From NCBI GenBank assembly GCA_951406725.2, contig OX597825.1, forward strand, positions 68,138,001-68,202,000: a DNA stretch of 64,000 bases, written 5' to 3'. The notes under the pieces were generated by a model. It was not told the origin of the DNA, did no database searches, and saw only the letters and a list, made by a program, of their open reading frames with translations. The stretch's first letter is position 1; each line of letters opens with the position of its first letter. The stretch is from Octopus vulgaris. Lineage: Eukaryota. Positions 47,966 through 61,349 of this stretch are shown in pieces. A program made the position numbers and the translations under genes.

Positions 47966-50797
47966 ATGATTAGTAATTATAAGAACAAATCGCTTGATAT
48001 AACATCACTTGCAAGTATCGCGACGAACGTCTTGCCTTCTGAACTTGCTGTAGCTTCTAACGGTCAGTATGTTGCTTCCATTTACTCTCTTCCAACTCAG
48101 TTAGGTATTTGGAAGCTTCCAGAATTTTCCAGAGCCACTGAGCGACTGTGCACAAGTAAACCGGTTGATTACACTCAACTTAGAACACCTCCTTTGTTGT
48201 TGCTAGAGCACAAGAGACCGGTAAAAGTTACAGCTCTCTCAAAACACGTGTCTTCATTTTGGCAAAAGGGACGTAATATTCAAGAATTACCTACAAAGAC
48301 AGGCTTACTCTGTTCCGTGAACAAACAATGTGTTATGATTTGGAATTTGGATTTTATTCTTGAACAGCAAGTGCAAAACCAGACAAAAGAATCGAGTTCT
48401 GTTACGACGACGAACACGTGTTTCGCAAACAGTGAAAACTGTGTGTTATATGCTGGCGATGTAATACCGTCTTACAGTGAGATATCTTACTGTGTGTTTA
48501 GTTGGAATAATGACTACATTGCTGTGTGCTTGGACTCCGATATATTGGTGATATTTATCGGCGCAGACCTCGAAGGATCGTCACGGAATCAACCAGTCTG
48601 GTTGACTGATACTGAGAGACAGTGTCAGATTTTAAAAGCTCACAAATGTTGCGTAAATGCTATAGAATTTCATCCCCGTAATGTTAACATCCTAATATCT
48701 ATATCTGATGATTCGTCGTATATCGTTTGGGATCTCTGCTCTGTGCGCGTGCTATATAGGGGTCATCTGCCTTATTTGATGGCAGTTCCAATCGTGTTGG
48801 GCTTGAACTGGGAAAAAGATACTGCAATCGTTGGTACTTCAAATGGTCATCTTGTTGTTATAAATCTATCTTTGCCTGATGCTACATCGAATAAATCTGA
48901 AAAAGACTCTTTGTTTAAAATTGTACAGTCCGTTGATTGTTCTGAAATAGTTAGGAAGATGCATACTTCTTGTGTTGACCAAAGTGCAGCGGCTGATAGC
49001 AGTGGATTATCTTCCATTTCTGTAGAGAGTAACTGCCTGGTGTTATCTCTATGTTATTTACCACAAGAGAAATATTTGCTTCAACCAAAACATCGTCAAA
49101 GACCGCATAACAAATTGCTTTTCACAAACAGTGATATGGACTATGAAAAGCTAATAGAATCGCCATTAATGGTAGTTGGTACAAACAATGCTGTTCTCTG
49201 TTTGAATGTTTATACTTTAGAATGTCTTGCTTCGGTAGATTTAAAAATTTACAATAGTGAACTGTTGGGAGATCTCAATACATTGAGCCTAATGCTGCCA
49301 GTAGAAACAGAGGACGACATTTTATTTTTAACAGCAAATTCCTTCAGCAGTAACCTAAATATATCAAGAATGCAATCGAATTTTGAAACATTTAATGAAA
49401 TCAATAACGATGATTCGTTATTGCTTAAATGTTTATTAGATGATAATGAGCAACAAAAACTGTCTGATGATATTTCTTCACGGAAATACATAATTTATCC
49501 TTGCACTTTACTGACGGAAACTTCTGTGTTGAAGTCCCAACTTGTTCCTGTAGGCAAAATTAAAAAGACCCAGAAGACCAAATCTAAACCCAAAGCACGT
49601 ACAGACCATCAAGTCACATTCACCAATAAAGTGAAGTCCTCAGGTTATTCAACATCTCCAACGCATCAAACGATGTTTACACCAAAAACCAACAATTTTC
49701 AAACAAAATCTAAGCCTTTGCCTAAAAAATCACATTTCAAAACGAAGATGATCCAGGAAAACTTCAATCCAGAAAAGATAACTGACTATAAGACATCTTT
49801 GCAAATCAGTGACAATTCTGCTGCCATAACATGCATCAGAATATCACCAAGTGGAAGTAAACTAGCTGTCGGTTCAATCAACAGCTCAGTAGTAGTGCTA
49901 AAACAACCACTGGTCAATAACACAACCAGTTATCTTGGCCACAGTAAGTCTGTTAATTCTGTCGACTGGAGTTATAATAGTAAGTGGCTGGTTACAACCT
50001 CAGATGAATCGGCAGCTGTCTGGGAAATGGATAAACCAGTACCATTGATGAAATTTACTAAAATAAAAAGCAACTTTTCTTGCGACAAACAAACACGTTG
50101 TTTTACAAAGGATATTAAGAAAGCACAGTTCTACTATATGGATAATTTTATACTGCTAGCAGCCAGTGATTCCTTTCATCTTTACAAATATCATCTAGAT
50201 TCATCTAAAGAAGATATGCAACGTTACATTACTAAGAGCAAATATAAATCAGTCGGAACCTACCAAACAGATGGTAACTGTATAACTGACCTCACAGCTA
50301 TTAATTCTTTCTATTCTTATGTAGTGCTTTGCTGCACAACAAATCGGTCAGTTTCAGTTTATGATATGAATGTTGGTCAAATAATTCAGCTGATTACAAA
50401 TGTCCATCCAACAGTTCCTTACTGTTTAGCCATGAATTCAGGCTCATCTTATCTCTCGTTACCACCAAATGCCTACGATTTAGTTTTGACCGCTGCTCTC
50501 ACTGACTCTGTTAAACTGTGGGATTTAAGGTCAGGCCAGTGTGTGCGCAAACTAGAACAACACTGCAATCGGGCCTATACTTGCCGAGCTGTTTTTAGTC
50601 CTTGTGGTCAATATGTCCTAGCCGGGTCAGAAGACTATACTGCTTATTTATATGATGTGAGAGAAGGAAGATGTTGTACAAGGTTAACTAGACATTCTGA
50701 TGTGGTAACAGATGTTGCCTACCACCCTTTCATTCCACAACTTACAACAGCAACTTTAAATGGTCAACTGTATACATTTACTTGTCAAAATTTATGA
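47966..50797 (+). CDS. WDR27: WD repeat-containing protein 27, 943 aa, single uninterrupted ORF
   Basis: N- and C-terminal WD40 clusters. Recalled WDR27 signatures: VTF..KVKSSGY, AQFYYMD.FILLA, YKYHLD..K.D..RY, A.NSFYSY.VL, AY.L.LT.A..D.VKLWDLR, FSPCG.Y...GSED..AY.YD, PQL.TATL.G.L. Confidence 0.93.
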   Translation: MISNYKNKSLDITSLASIATNVLPSELAVASNGQYVASIYSLPTQLGIWKLPEFSRATERLCTSKPVDYTQLRTPPLLLLEHKRPVKVTALSKHVSSFWQKGRNIQELPTKTGLLCSVNKQCVMIWNLDFILEQQVQNQTKESSSVTTTNTCFANSENCVLYAGDVIPSYSEISYCVFSWNNDYIAVCLDSDILVIFIGADLEGSSRNQPVWLTDTERQCQILKAHKCCVNAIEFHPRNVNILISISDDSSYIVWDLCSVRVLYRGHLPYLMAVPIVLGLNWEKDTAIVGTSNGHLVVINLSLPDATSNKSEKDSLFKIVQSVDCSEIVRKMHTSCVDQSAAADSSGLSSISVESNCLVLSLCYLPQEKYLLQPKHRQRPHNKLLFTNSDMDYEKLIESPLMVVGTNNAVLCLNVYTLECLASVDLKIYNSELLGDLNTLSLMLPVETEDDILFLTANSFSSNLNISRMQSNFETFNEINNDDSLLLKCLLDDNEQQKLSDDISSRKYIIYPCTLLTETSVLKSQLVPVGKIKKTQKTKSKPKARTDHQVTFTNKVKSSGYSTSPTHQTMFTPKTNNFQTKSKPLPKKSHFKTKMIQENFNPEKITDYKTSLQISDNSAAITCIRISPSGSKLAVGSINSSVVVLKQPLVNNTTSYLGHSKSVNSVDWSYNSKWLVTTSDESAAVWEMDKPVPLMKFTKIKSNFSCDKQTRCFTKDIKKAQFYYMDNFILLAASDSFHLYKYHLDSSKEDMQRYITKSKYKSVGTYQTDGNCITDLTAINSFYSYVVLCCTTNRSVSVYDMNVGQIIQLITNVHPTVPYCLAMNSGSSYLSLPPNAYDLVLTAALTDSVKLWDLRSGQCVRKLEQHCNRAYTCRAVFSPCGQYVLAGSEDYTAYLYDVREGRCCTRLTRHSDVVTDVAYHPFIPQLTTATLNGQLYTFTCQNL

Positions 50798-51019
50798 CAC
50801 GTTAGGGAAACACTAGAGTCTCAACAAACTAGGTCTGACAGTTTCAATGACTGCTTTTATAATAGTCTTCAGCTACATTCGTAATGCCCTAGGGAGAAGC
50901 AAGAGTGTCATTCGGTACCTTTTAAATCTGTGGCAATATGCCTGTCATTTATCTTTTACTTGTCACTGGACTGTAGCCATGCTGGGGCACTGCCTTGTAG
51001 GATTTGGTGGAAATAATCA

Positions 51020-52390
51020 TTCCCAGTTGGGACTGTGTCTTGAAGTCATGGTCGTCACTACAGAGCCAGTGAAGACAAAGGAACTGAGAGTAGGAGATGA
51101 ACAGTTTGGTGTGGGAGGAGGAAAAGTTGAGATAAGAGTGTGGGTCTGTGGGTTTATAGTGGATGGAGGTGGTAAGAGAGGGGCAGTGGATGGTGACAGG
51201 AATGTTGAGAAAGTTGATGGAGTCATTGGAAACAAAACAGGAGAATGCGCGAGTGGGATGGAAGGACTGAATGAAAGAGGAGTCAATATGTTTGTGGGGG
51301 AGTGAGATTGCACCAATATAGTTGTCAATGTAACAACCAAACAGACCAGGCGTGGAACCAATGAACCGAGAGAATATTTGGGCCTTAGCATAGTCAATGA
51401 ACAGGTTCACGTGGTTGGGGCCTGTTCTCATTCTCATGGCTACTCCCAAGACCTGAAGGTAAAATTCACCCATGAATGAGAAGTAATTTAGAGAGAGGAC
51501 AAGTTCAGCCAAATGGAGGTTAGAAGTGTCAAATTGAAGATCAGGATGAAGATCAAGAAAGTATTTTAAAGCAAAGAGACCTTTGTTGAGAGGGATGGCA
51601 GTGTGTAGGGATTTTTATGTTAAGGGTGAACTGGAGTCTGGAGTAAAGGAGAAAGAATTCAAGGGATGAAGAGCATGGTTGGTATTGTGAATGTTTGAGG
51701 GAAAGGAACTACTAGGGGTGCAAGGACAAGGTCGAAGTATTTGGAGATGAGGTCAGTGGGACAACTGCAGGCAGAAACAATGGGGCAGCCAGGGTTGTTG
51801 GGTTTATGGATTTTGGGAAGGAAGTAAATGGTGGGGATGCATGGGGTACTGACTGAGGTTGCAGATGGTGGGGGTAGAAGGGAGGAATAAATAAGATTGT
51901 AACTGGCAGGTAGTGCGACGTGGGGTTAAAGGGTAAAAGGCAATAGAAAGACATGTCTTGGAGTTGGTGGAGCGCATCAACCTTGTAGAGGTCAGCATGC
52001 CACACGACCACAGCTCCATCTTCTTCAACTAGTTTAATGATGATGTCTTGACAACATTGGGAACATCAAAGGGCTGAAAGTTTGGCTTGGGAGATGTTAT
52101 AATGTCGAGGACACCTGAAGTTGAATTAGTTCATAGCGCATTGACAGACACTTGCAAATTGATTAACTACCTGGAATTGGATGGGAGCCAGCATCCAGTG
52201 AGATGGTCAGTAACCCAGGTCAATGAAGCAGTTTTCTTCATTAGATGCACGCAAAGTATCATGGAATGGAGCATGAAATATTAGACATCATCCCAGGTTT
52301 GAAACTTATTGCTGGATGGAGTGAGTGTTAGGAAACAGAGACCCCCTACTAAGGAGGGAACTCTTGGCTTCAGAGAGGGAGAGATCAGGA
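51020..52390 (-). mobile_element. Decayed Penelope-like element reverse transcriptase
   Basis: FYLQVLGVAM..GP...NLF, YIDN (RYIDD), INFLN, TSIHYKPTDPHSYLNFSSSH. Upstream there are VVVW...Y...ALHQL.D..FY and PGCPIVS-like motifs. Confidence 0.85.
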
Positions 52391-53261
52391 TGAATAGTAA
52401 CAACAGGGTGGAGAGGAAAGGATTGGGTAGATGGTGATCAGGTGGTCAGTTTCCATGGCGTATATATTCCCCACCTGGATGTGATGCCAGTTCATCTCAG
52501 GTTTCCTCATTTTTGCCAGCTGAGTGGACTGGAGCAGCACGAAATGAAGTGTTTTGCTCAAGAACACAACACATTGCCTGATACAGGAATTGAAACTGCA
52601 TTCTTATGATCATGAGTCCAACACCCTAACCACTAAGCTATGTGACTCCACAAAGGTAAACTTTGCTTCTCAAGTATTGTCGACTCATAAGGGCCAGTTT
52701 CCATGGCGTATAAATTCTACACCTGAACAGGATGCCGGTCTGTTGCAGGATTACTCATTTTTGCCAGCTGGATGGACTAGAGCAATGTGAAATGAAGTGT
52801 CTTGCTCAAGAACACAACATATCACCTGTTCCAGGAATCGAAACCACAATCTGGTCCAGGAATCAAAACCAACAACCTAACCACTAAGCTACATGCTTCC
52901 ACAATGAGCTTAGACTGGTGTCAATTTGATGAGCTGAACCATTCAAGATGGTGCCCCAGCATGGCCACAGTTTCAAGAAACAAGTAAAAGAATAAAAGAA
53001 TGTATGCAATAGATTTGTATTGTATACAAGACTGCTTTCTTTTCATACATGGTATGGGAAGAGGGTGGGGGTTGATGAAATCAGGAAAGTAGACTTGTGG
53101 TAAAAGACCAAAAATCTGGAAAAACAAAAAGGTTTAGAAATGTTTCTCTTGAAGTAATTATTTTAATAAAGGATAGAAAAAAATGACTTCGTTTTTGTAT
53201 TTGGTTTGCAAGATTCTTTTATGAGAATTGGTGTGTTGAAGTGATTGATAATTTAATAACC

Positions 53262-53490
53262 TATTTCTTTACTACCCACAAGGGGCTAAACACAGAGGGC
53301 AAGCAAGGACAGACAGACGGATTAAGTCGATTATATCGACCCCAGTGCGTAACTGGTACTTATTTAATCAACCCTGAAAGGATGAAAGGCAAAGTCAACC
53401 TCGGCAGAATTTGAACTTAGGACGTAGCAGCAGACGAAATACCGCTAAGCATTTCACCTGGCGTGCTAACGATTCTGCCAGCTCGCCGCC
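53262..53490 (-). mobile_element. SINE family A (further minus-strand copies at ~35962-36145, 54713-54942, 57609-57840, 63625-63846)
   Basis: Reverse complement of the consensus seen at 23723-23950. Confidence 0.9.
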
Positions 53491-55107
53491 GATGACCAAA
53501 TGACTAATTATAAAGGGGTGGAATTAAACCAGTGCATGTGTTATTATTATTGATTTCAAATTTTGCCACAAAGCCATCAGGTCTGGGGGAGGGTATAAGT
53601 TGATTACAACAACCCCACTGTTCAACTGGAACTTATTTTATTTACCCCAAAAGGATGAAAGTTAAAGTGGACCTCAGCAGAATTTGAACCCAGAACATTA
53701 AAATAGACAAAGTGCCACTAAGCATTTTGCTCGGCATGCTTACAACTCTGCCAGCTTGCTGCCTTGCATGTGTGTGTGATTAATATTGGCATAATGACTC
53801 TCCTTAGACTCAACAAAAAAAAATCTTTTCAAGGCGTCCATGGCTCTTTTACCACAAGTAGGCGCAGGAGTGGCTGTGTGGTAAGAAGCTTGCCAATCTT
53901 TAGAGAAGCAGAAGATCGGCGGGTGTCTTTTGCCTTCTCCCATTTATACCATCCTTTTCATCACTCATCTTATTAATGTTTTTTGTCCAGCCTGCAAGCT
54001 ACTCCCTCTGTATATGGCCTTCATGACCAATGAAATGAAATAAAGTAGCTTGCTTACCAACCACGTGGTTCCGGGTTCAGTCCACAGCATGGCACCTTGG
54101 GCAAAGTGTCTTCTACTATAGCCTCGGGCCGACCAAAGCCTTGTGAGTGGATTTTTGTAGACAGAAACTGAAAGAAACCTGTCATATATATGTATATGTA
54201 TATATTTGTGTGTGTTTGTCTCCACAACAACGCTTAACAACTGATGCTGGTGTGTTTGCATCCCCGTAACTTAGCAGTTCAGCAAAAGAGACTGATAGTA
54301 TAAGTACTAGGCTTACTACTCTGTGCTATTCATCATACATTTACTTATCCAGTCTTAAACAGATATATAATATAAATAATATAAATATAATATAAATAAT
54401 ATAATATAAATAATATATTTGTTCATTTTACATCCATTTTTTCCATGCTAGCATGGGTTAGATGAATGTTTATTTTTTGAGGCATTGTTTTTCAGCCAGA
54501 TGCTCTTCCCATTGCTAACTTTGCCTATTTTTCAAGTAAGAGGGTTTTCATTTTGTTTATCTTCAGAAATGCTGAGTTACTGGGTGATATATTGACATGG
54601 AAATGTTGCAAGTATCACTGTCCATAGCTCAGCAATATTTCAAGGTGAAATGAAAACATTTACACACACGTGTATATGTATATATATGTAAAATGGGCGT
54701 TATAGTTTCTTCTTTCTTTACTACCCACAAGGGGCTACACACAGAGGAGACAAACAAGAACAGACAAATGGATTAAGTTAATTATATCAACCCCAGTGCA
54801 TTATTGGTACTTATTTAATCAACCCTGAAAAGATGAAAGGCATAGTCAACCTCGGCAGAATTTGAACTGAGAACATAGCATCAGACGAAATACCACTAAG
54901 CATTTCGCCCGACATGCTAACGTTTCTGCCAGCTCACCGCCTTATATAGTTTCTATCTACCAAATTCAGTCACATGGTATTAGTCAGCCCAGGGCTGTAG
55001 TAGAAGACTCTTGCTCAAAGTACCGCAAAGTGGAACAGAACCTGAAACTGTGCGATTGCTAAGTGAACATCTTAACTACACAGCTATGCTTACACACACA
55101 CACACAC

Positions 55108-55180
55108 ATACATAGAGCTCAGTTGGGAGAGCATTAGGCTGAAGGTCTAACGGTCCCAGGTTCAAACCCAGATCTTGACA
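55108..55180 (+). pseudogene. tRNA-Phe(GAA) pseudogene
   Basis: AGCTCAGTTGGGAGAGCATTAGGCTGAAGGTCTAACGGTCCCAGGTTCAAACCC is close to eukaryotic tRNA-Phe. The 5' acceptor strand is lost and the stems are mismatched. Confidence 0.75.
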
Positions 55181-56269
55181 TCCAGAGGTTGGTAACAATC
55201 CTTCCCTGTAATTTAGCAGTTCAACAAAAGAGACTAATAAAATAATTAACAAGCTTTAAAAAATAAGTCCTGGGATCAATTTGTTTGACTAAATTCTTCA
55301 AGGAGTGCCCCAGCATGGCTGCAATCAAATGACTAAAACAGGGGAAAAAGTATAAAAGAGAGAGAGAGTGATCTATATATAAAATACTGAGTAATGACAG
55401 AAAACTTCAGCTTTGATAAAACATATAAACTCTACTTTGGGTATAGAAGTATAGAATAAATATAGAAAGAACATATACTCTTTTACTTGTTTCAGTCATT
55501 TGACTGTGGCCATGCTAGAGCACCGCCTTTAGTCGAGCAAATCGACCCCAGTACTTATTCTATCGATCTCTTTTGCCGAACCGCTAAGTTATGGGGACGT
55601 AAACACACCAGCCAAGCGATGTTGAGGAGGGACAAACACAGACATATATATGAGGGCTTCTTTCAGTTTCTGTCTACCAAATCCACTCACAATGTTTTGG
55701 TTGGCCCGAGGCTATAGTAGAAGACACTTGTCCAAGGTGCTACGCAGTGGGACTGAACCCAGAACCATACGGTTCATAAGCAAGCTACTTACCACACAGC
55801 CACTCCTGCGCCTATTATATTTATTAATATTATAAATTTATGGCAAAGAGGGAAGGCATGTGATGTGCATGTTGTTTGCTAGCTGACTCCCACAGCCCTT
55901 GCATCCCAGATAATTCTATTTCCCTCATGATTCCTGCTCAAATAAAACAGGTTCCACTCTTAATTGGATGGTTAGCATTAGGGAGTGCATCCAGCTATTA
56001 CAAAAATATATTGTTCCACTCTTAAAAAAATCCTGTCCGTACTAGCCTGGGAAATGGAAGCGAAACGACAAATGACTAATAACTGTATATTGATATCAGT
56101 GATAACAAGGAGGTTTTTAAATAATATATCTAATCTGAATCATTGCACGTTGTACATTTAAGTAAATATTCCTACTGATGTAGCATATTATCTTAATTCA
56201 ACTCACCTTTAGGGCTTGTTCTAGTGCTGTAAAATTATTCCCTTGATCTCTCACTTTAATATTCCTTTC

Positions 56270-58145
56270 TTTAAGTATAGCTAGCTATCCTTGTCATCAG
56301 TTGTCTCCTTCAAAATCTGATTTCATTTTCTCTTCTTGGGTTCTGTGCATTCTGTAAGAAGTCGTTCGCTAAGTACATACTCAAGGAGTGCTTCTCTTTC
56401 TTCACGGCAGAAACCTAAATTAATTTTCTCTAGTATTACCACATCTTCAACATGCATTTACCCTCTTCCTCCTCCTGCTCCTTACCTGTGTAACCAGTCC
56501 ACATCTGATCAAAGGTGTAGGTTCCTATGAATTGTGAGCTTTCTCCTTTTTTTTTTTCGCTTTTGCCAATGTCCTTCAGCTCCTCCTTTCTCCATATCTT
56601 ATTAAGAAGGTACATGGCTTAGTGGTAAGGATATTTGGCTCACGATCAAAAGGTTGTGAGTTCAATCCTTAGCAATGTATTGTGTCCATAAGCTAGACAC
56701 TTTTTATTTCACATTGCTCCAGTCCACTCAGCTGGCAAAAATGAGTATTACTTGTATCTCAGAGGGCCAGCCTTGTCACATTCTGTGACACACTGAGAAC
56801 TACATTAACACCCATTAGCACCCATGGCCCTTTTCTTAGGACCAGAAGGATAATCCATCATATTTCAGCAACACCTGTATTTTTCTGAGATATTAGTCAT
56901 CAAAACTGGAGTGTCTTTCAAATATTGTACTAAAATTTTTTTTTATATATTTAGTATCAGATAAAGTTGTATAAACAAAAATTTCTGTAATAAATCCAAT
57001 AAAAAAATTTGGTCACTAATGGGTGTCTGTGGAATGCTCAGCCACTTCTACATTAATTTCATAAGTAGATTGTTCTGTTGACTGAATCAACTAGAACCTT
57101 CATCATCATCATCACCGACAGAGTGCCATTTTTTTTTAACTTTGTCAAGTTGATTGCTTGATGTTTCCTGTATTCAATTTCAGCTTTTTAAAATCATGTT
57201 CATTCTGCAAAAAATATCCTTTACTGAGGGCTTCCTTCATTTCTATATTTTTGATTTTGTTACTTTCCAGTGTTCTCAGGCAATTATGTTTCATCTACAT
57301 TTAACGATTTTATATCCCTATCACCAGACAGATCTATTCCAATATTTTTTATGGATTTTTCCCTGCTTCATTTCTGTCATAGAACACTTCTCAACTCTAA
57401 ATGTCAACTCAGTATTGATTTCAGATATTGGTACAAGGCCAGCAATTTTGAAGGGAGGGGTAGTAAGTCGATTACATCAACCCCAGGGATCAACTGGTAC
57501 TTATTTTATCAATCCTGAAAGGGTGAAAGTTAAAGTTGGAATTTGAACTCAGAACACAAAGACAGATGAAATGTCACTAAATATTTTGCCTGGCATGCTA
57601 ACAATTCTTATTTCTTTATTGCCCACAAGGGGCTAAACATAGAGGGGACAAACAAGGACAGACAAAGGGATTAAGTCAATTACATCGACCCCAGTGCGTA
57701 ACTGGTACTTGATTTATTAACCCCGAAAGGATGAAAAGCAAAGTCGACCTTGGCGAAATTTGAACTCAGAACGTAATGGCAGACGAAATACAGCTACGCA
57801 TTTCGCCCAGTGTGCTAACGTTTCTGCCAGCTCGCCACCTTGCTAACAATTCTACAAGCTTGCCACCTCAGATGTCATCTCAATACCATTACTAAAATAT
57901 TTTTACAGTTTGCCCTAAAGTCTCAAGCAGATTCTTGTCTTTGCCATTAAGCTTTAAATCATCTATAAACACCAGATGATCCACTTTCCCTTTATTCTCT
58001 CCAGCTGAATATCCTTCCTTAGCTTTATTTAGTATAATCAACAAAGGACATCCATGGGATTATCAAACAAGATGAGAGAGAGAGAGGCTGTTCCACTGAA
58101 AGATTCCTCTTCTAATCTGAGAATCTGCAAATCTTTTCCTTTTTG
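56270..58145 (-). mobile_element. Decayed Dong/R4-clade LINE RT region, interrupted by SINEs
   Basis: IRRGIFQ..SLS, KVDHLVFIDDLKL.GK, EMKEALSKGY...KLNTGN, LH..SDVDWL...GGGRG. Confidence 0.8.
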
Positions 58146-60695
58146 ATCATCCTCATCATCCTCATCGTTTAACGTCTGTTTTCCATGCTAGCATGGGTTG
58201 GACGATTTGACTGAGGTCTGGCGAACCAGATGGCTGCACCAGGCTCCAATCTGATCTAGCAGAGTTTCTACAGCTGGATGCCCTTCCTAACGCCAACCAC
58301 TCTGAGAGTATAGCGGGTGCTTTTATGTACCACCGGCATGAGAGCCAGTCAGGCGGCACTGGCAATGGCCACGCTCAAATGGTGCTTTTTATGTGCCACC
58401 TGCACAGGAGCCAGTCCAGCGGCACTGGCAACGACCTCGCTCAAATGTTTTTTCATGTGCCAGTAAGGCGACGCAGGTAACGATCACGCTCGAATGGTGG
58501 TTTTTACGTGCCATCAGCATGGAGGCCAGCTTGTTGCTCTGGCAACGATCTCACTCGTATGGTACTCTTAGCGCCCCACTAGCACGGATGCCAGTCATCG
58601 AATTTGATTTCGATTTCCATTTCCATTTCACTTGCCTCAACAAGTCTTCGCAACCAATATCACATTACATTTTCTAACAGGCATCTAACCGTTAACAAGT
58701 GTGGCTACTGCTTCATGCTCTTGCATGATGGGGCTGGAGTCATCCCAGGTGAGTGGTCCCAGAGACGTCATCATGTGTTGAGCCAACCAGGTCCAGTAGT
58801 GCTCTCCATTGTCAGCACTTCTGCATCTTCCAAGATGTCGAGCTTTTGGAGATCTTCCTTAATCACATCCAGCCTGCAGCCTTCCACCTCATAGCTTTCT
58901 GTCACATTCACTGGCACAGTAAGTCCTCTATCTCCCACTTGATCATCCTACCAAGGACATGTCACAAGTGTGGGACAAGATCTTTTCTTAACATCTGTTG
59001 TCCATGCTGGCATGGCTTGGATGGTTTGACCAGAGCTGGTGAGCTGAGGAGCTGCACCAGATACCAATCTGATTTGGCATGGTTTCTACAGCTGGATTCC
59101 CTCCTAATGTCAGCCACACCAAGAGTGTAATGGGTGCTTTTACATATATTTTATTGCTACTGATGACGGCGACGACGACGACGATAATCTAGTCCCCTTC
59201 CAAAATTTTGGGCCTTGTACAAAAAGTAGAAAGAATTATTATTATTACTACTACTACTATTATAAAAGGCACCTGTTGGTTTACCTAAATGGAAAGATAA
59301 TTTTTAACTAGCTTCTAATTTCTTATATCGATTTCGTTCAAATATATATTTACTAGACATCTCTGAACAAAATTATGCAGGATAATATGTTCAATCAATG
59401 AATAGTAATCTAGAATATTCTTTACAAGTAACAGCACTAAATCGTCCACATCATTAACAAGAAACTAATTTTCCATGAAGCATTCTCAATTCTCACACTA
59501 CATACACATGGTGGCATCCCATTTGCATAGTGGTCACCATTACTAACTGCAAAATAAAACTGGACACCATTCAAGGGAACCCTTTTTAAGAGACACAAAA
59601 AAGAGGTTTTTTTTCAAAAATCAAATTCAAAATCGAATTTGAAATTGATCAACATCAATGGAAATTGTAGCTGTGATACCAGTGCCGGTGGCACGTAAGA
59701 GAACCATACGAATGTGGCCGTTGCACATAAAGAGCACCATCTGATCGTGGCTGTTACCAGCCTCGCCTGGCCTCCGTGCTGGTGGCACGTAAAAAGCACC
59801 ATCCGATTGTGGCCGTTTGCCAGCCCCGTCTGGCACGTAAAAAGCACCCTCTACACTCACGGAATGGTTGGCATTAGGAAGGGCATCCAGTCGTAGAAAC
59901 ATTTCCAGATCAGACTGGGCCTGGTGCAGCCTTCTGGGTTCCCAGACCCCAGCTGAACCATCCAACCCATGCCAGCATGGAAAGCGGATGCTAAACGATG
60001 ATGATGATGATGATGATTAACATATAATTCTGCATATTTTTGTTCAGAGGTGTCTAGTAAATATATATTTCAATGAAAATGTATGTTCACTGTACTCTGA
60101 TGTATCTGCTACTCATTTCCAACTCAAAATGCTTCGTTCATGATGTTATTCCCGTTTTCTATCATTAACTATCAGTAACTATCATTTCTGTCAGTAACTT
60201 CATAATAAATCATAACTGATCCAAAATAATTTGTGTACTTGTTCCTCCTTATATACAAATTCAAAATAAATAATTAAAAAAATATGATGTTTTTTGCATG
60301 GAAATTGAAAAAAAAATGTGTATGTTAAGAGGTTAAACAAACAACTAGAATAAAAAATTTTGTCCAAGATCAAGAAAATAAGTCGAAACGCAAAAAGACA
60401 AAAAATTACTTTTGACTAAGAACACAAGTTCAGTTTCGTAACAAACAGTATATTTGAATTGATCCCTGTATACTGCTTTAGTTATTTTATTAATTTTTCA
60501 GAGAATGAAAGGAAACAATCAACCCCTGTAGAATTTGAACCGTTGCTGGTGAAGTGGCATACTAAATTACTGGGAAGTATCGAACCCAACTGTCTACTAT
60601 CTCTGACATCTCTCCCTTCTTACCTGACAGGAACAATAATAATATAATTTAAATTTATATGTTATATATAATATATTGACTGCAATGTACAGTAG

Positions 60696-60735
<40 letters not shown>

Positions 60736-60836
60736 TATATATATAATTATGTGTGTTTTATATAAATATATATATGTATACACACACATGAATATATATA
60801 CTTTTTATTAAAGCAGAAAAAAATCTTCACAAACTT

Positions 60837-60917
60837 TTACTCAGAGTTTCACATTGCCATTCGTCAGACAGTATGATCACAACTGTCTGACAAATGGTAA
60901 AGTGAAACTCTGAGTAA
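60837..60917. repeat. 36-bp-arm palindrome; each arm is a degenerate hammerhead-like motif
   Basis: Minus strand: ACTGT-CTGACGA-ATG-GCAA-TGT-GAAA-CTC-T-GAG-TA. Plus strand: ACTGT-CTGACAA-ATG-GTAA-AGT-GAAA-CTC-T-GAG-TA. Confidence 0.6.
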
Positions 60918-61076
60918 TGGTGTGTGTGTGTGGATGCACGCATGCTTACGTCTCTTCAGACCCAAAATCGACTTGAAAGCCCTTTCACACACTACACATG
61001 TCGAATTACCCATTCTAGGTAGAAGGACGTTGAATACAGTTGATCTTTCATGGGACATGTTTCACACCTCCAGCAG

Positions 61077-61137
<61 letters not shown>

Positions 61138-61349
61138 CATGCATATATACATGGCATACTGGTATGCACATCAGTTGAAGGTCATCAAAGAGCTACAGGC
61201 TGTCAAGATCCGCACTGAGAGGTCCAACACAAGAATGTATTTGTTATTTCTTCTGATCTCAGACTGATGTTTACAAATGTATAGTGTTTCTAACTTAAAT
61301 ACCTTAGCTGATAATTTATACTATACATATATCTATTTGTGTGTGTTGT

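Noticed and set aside
49249-49491. Antisense ORF inside WDR27
   Set aside because: A short shadow ORF of the coding strand with no independent support.
56320-56600. Apparent two-exon host gene on the minus strand (IWRKEELKD...WTGYTG / FCREEREALLEYVL) with a GT-AG intron
   Set aside because: Another frame across the supposed intron reads SDVDWL...GGGRG and is collinear with Dong/R4 RT fragments up to 58145, so it is LINE debris.
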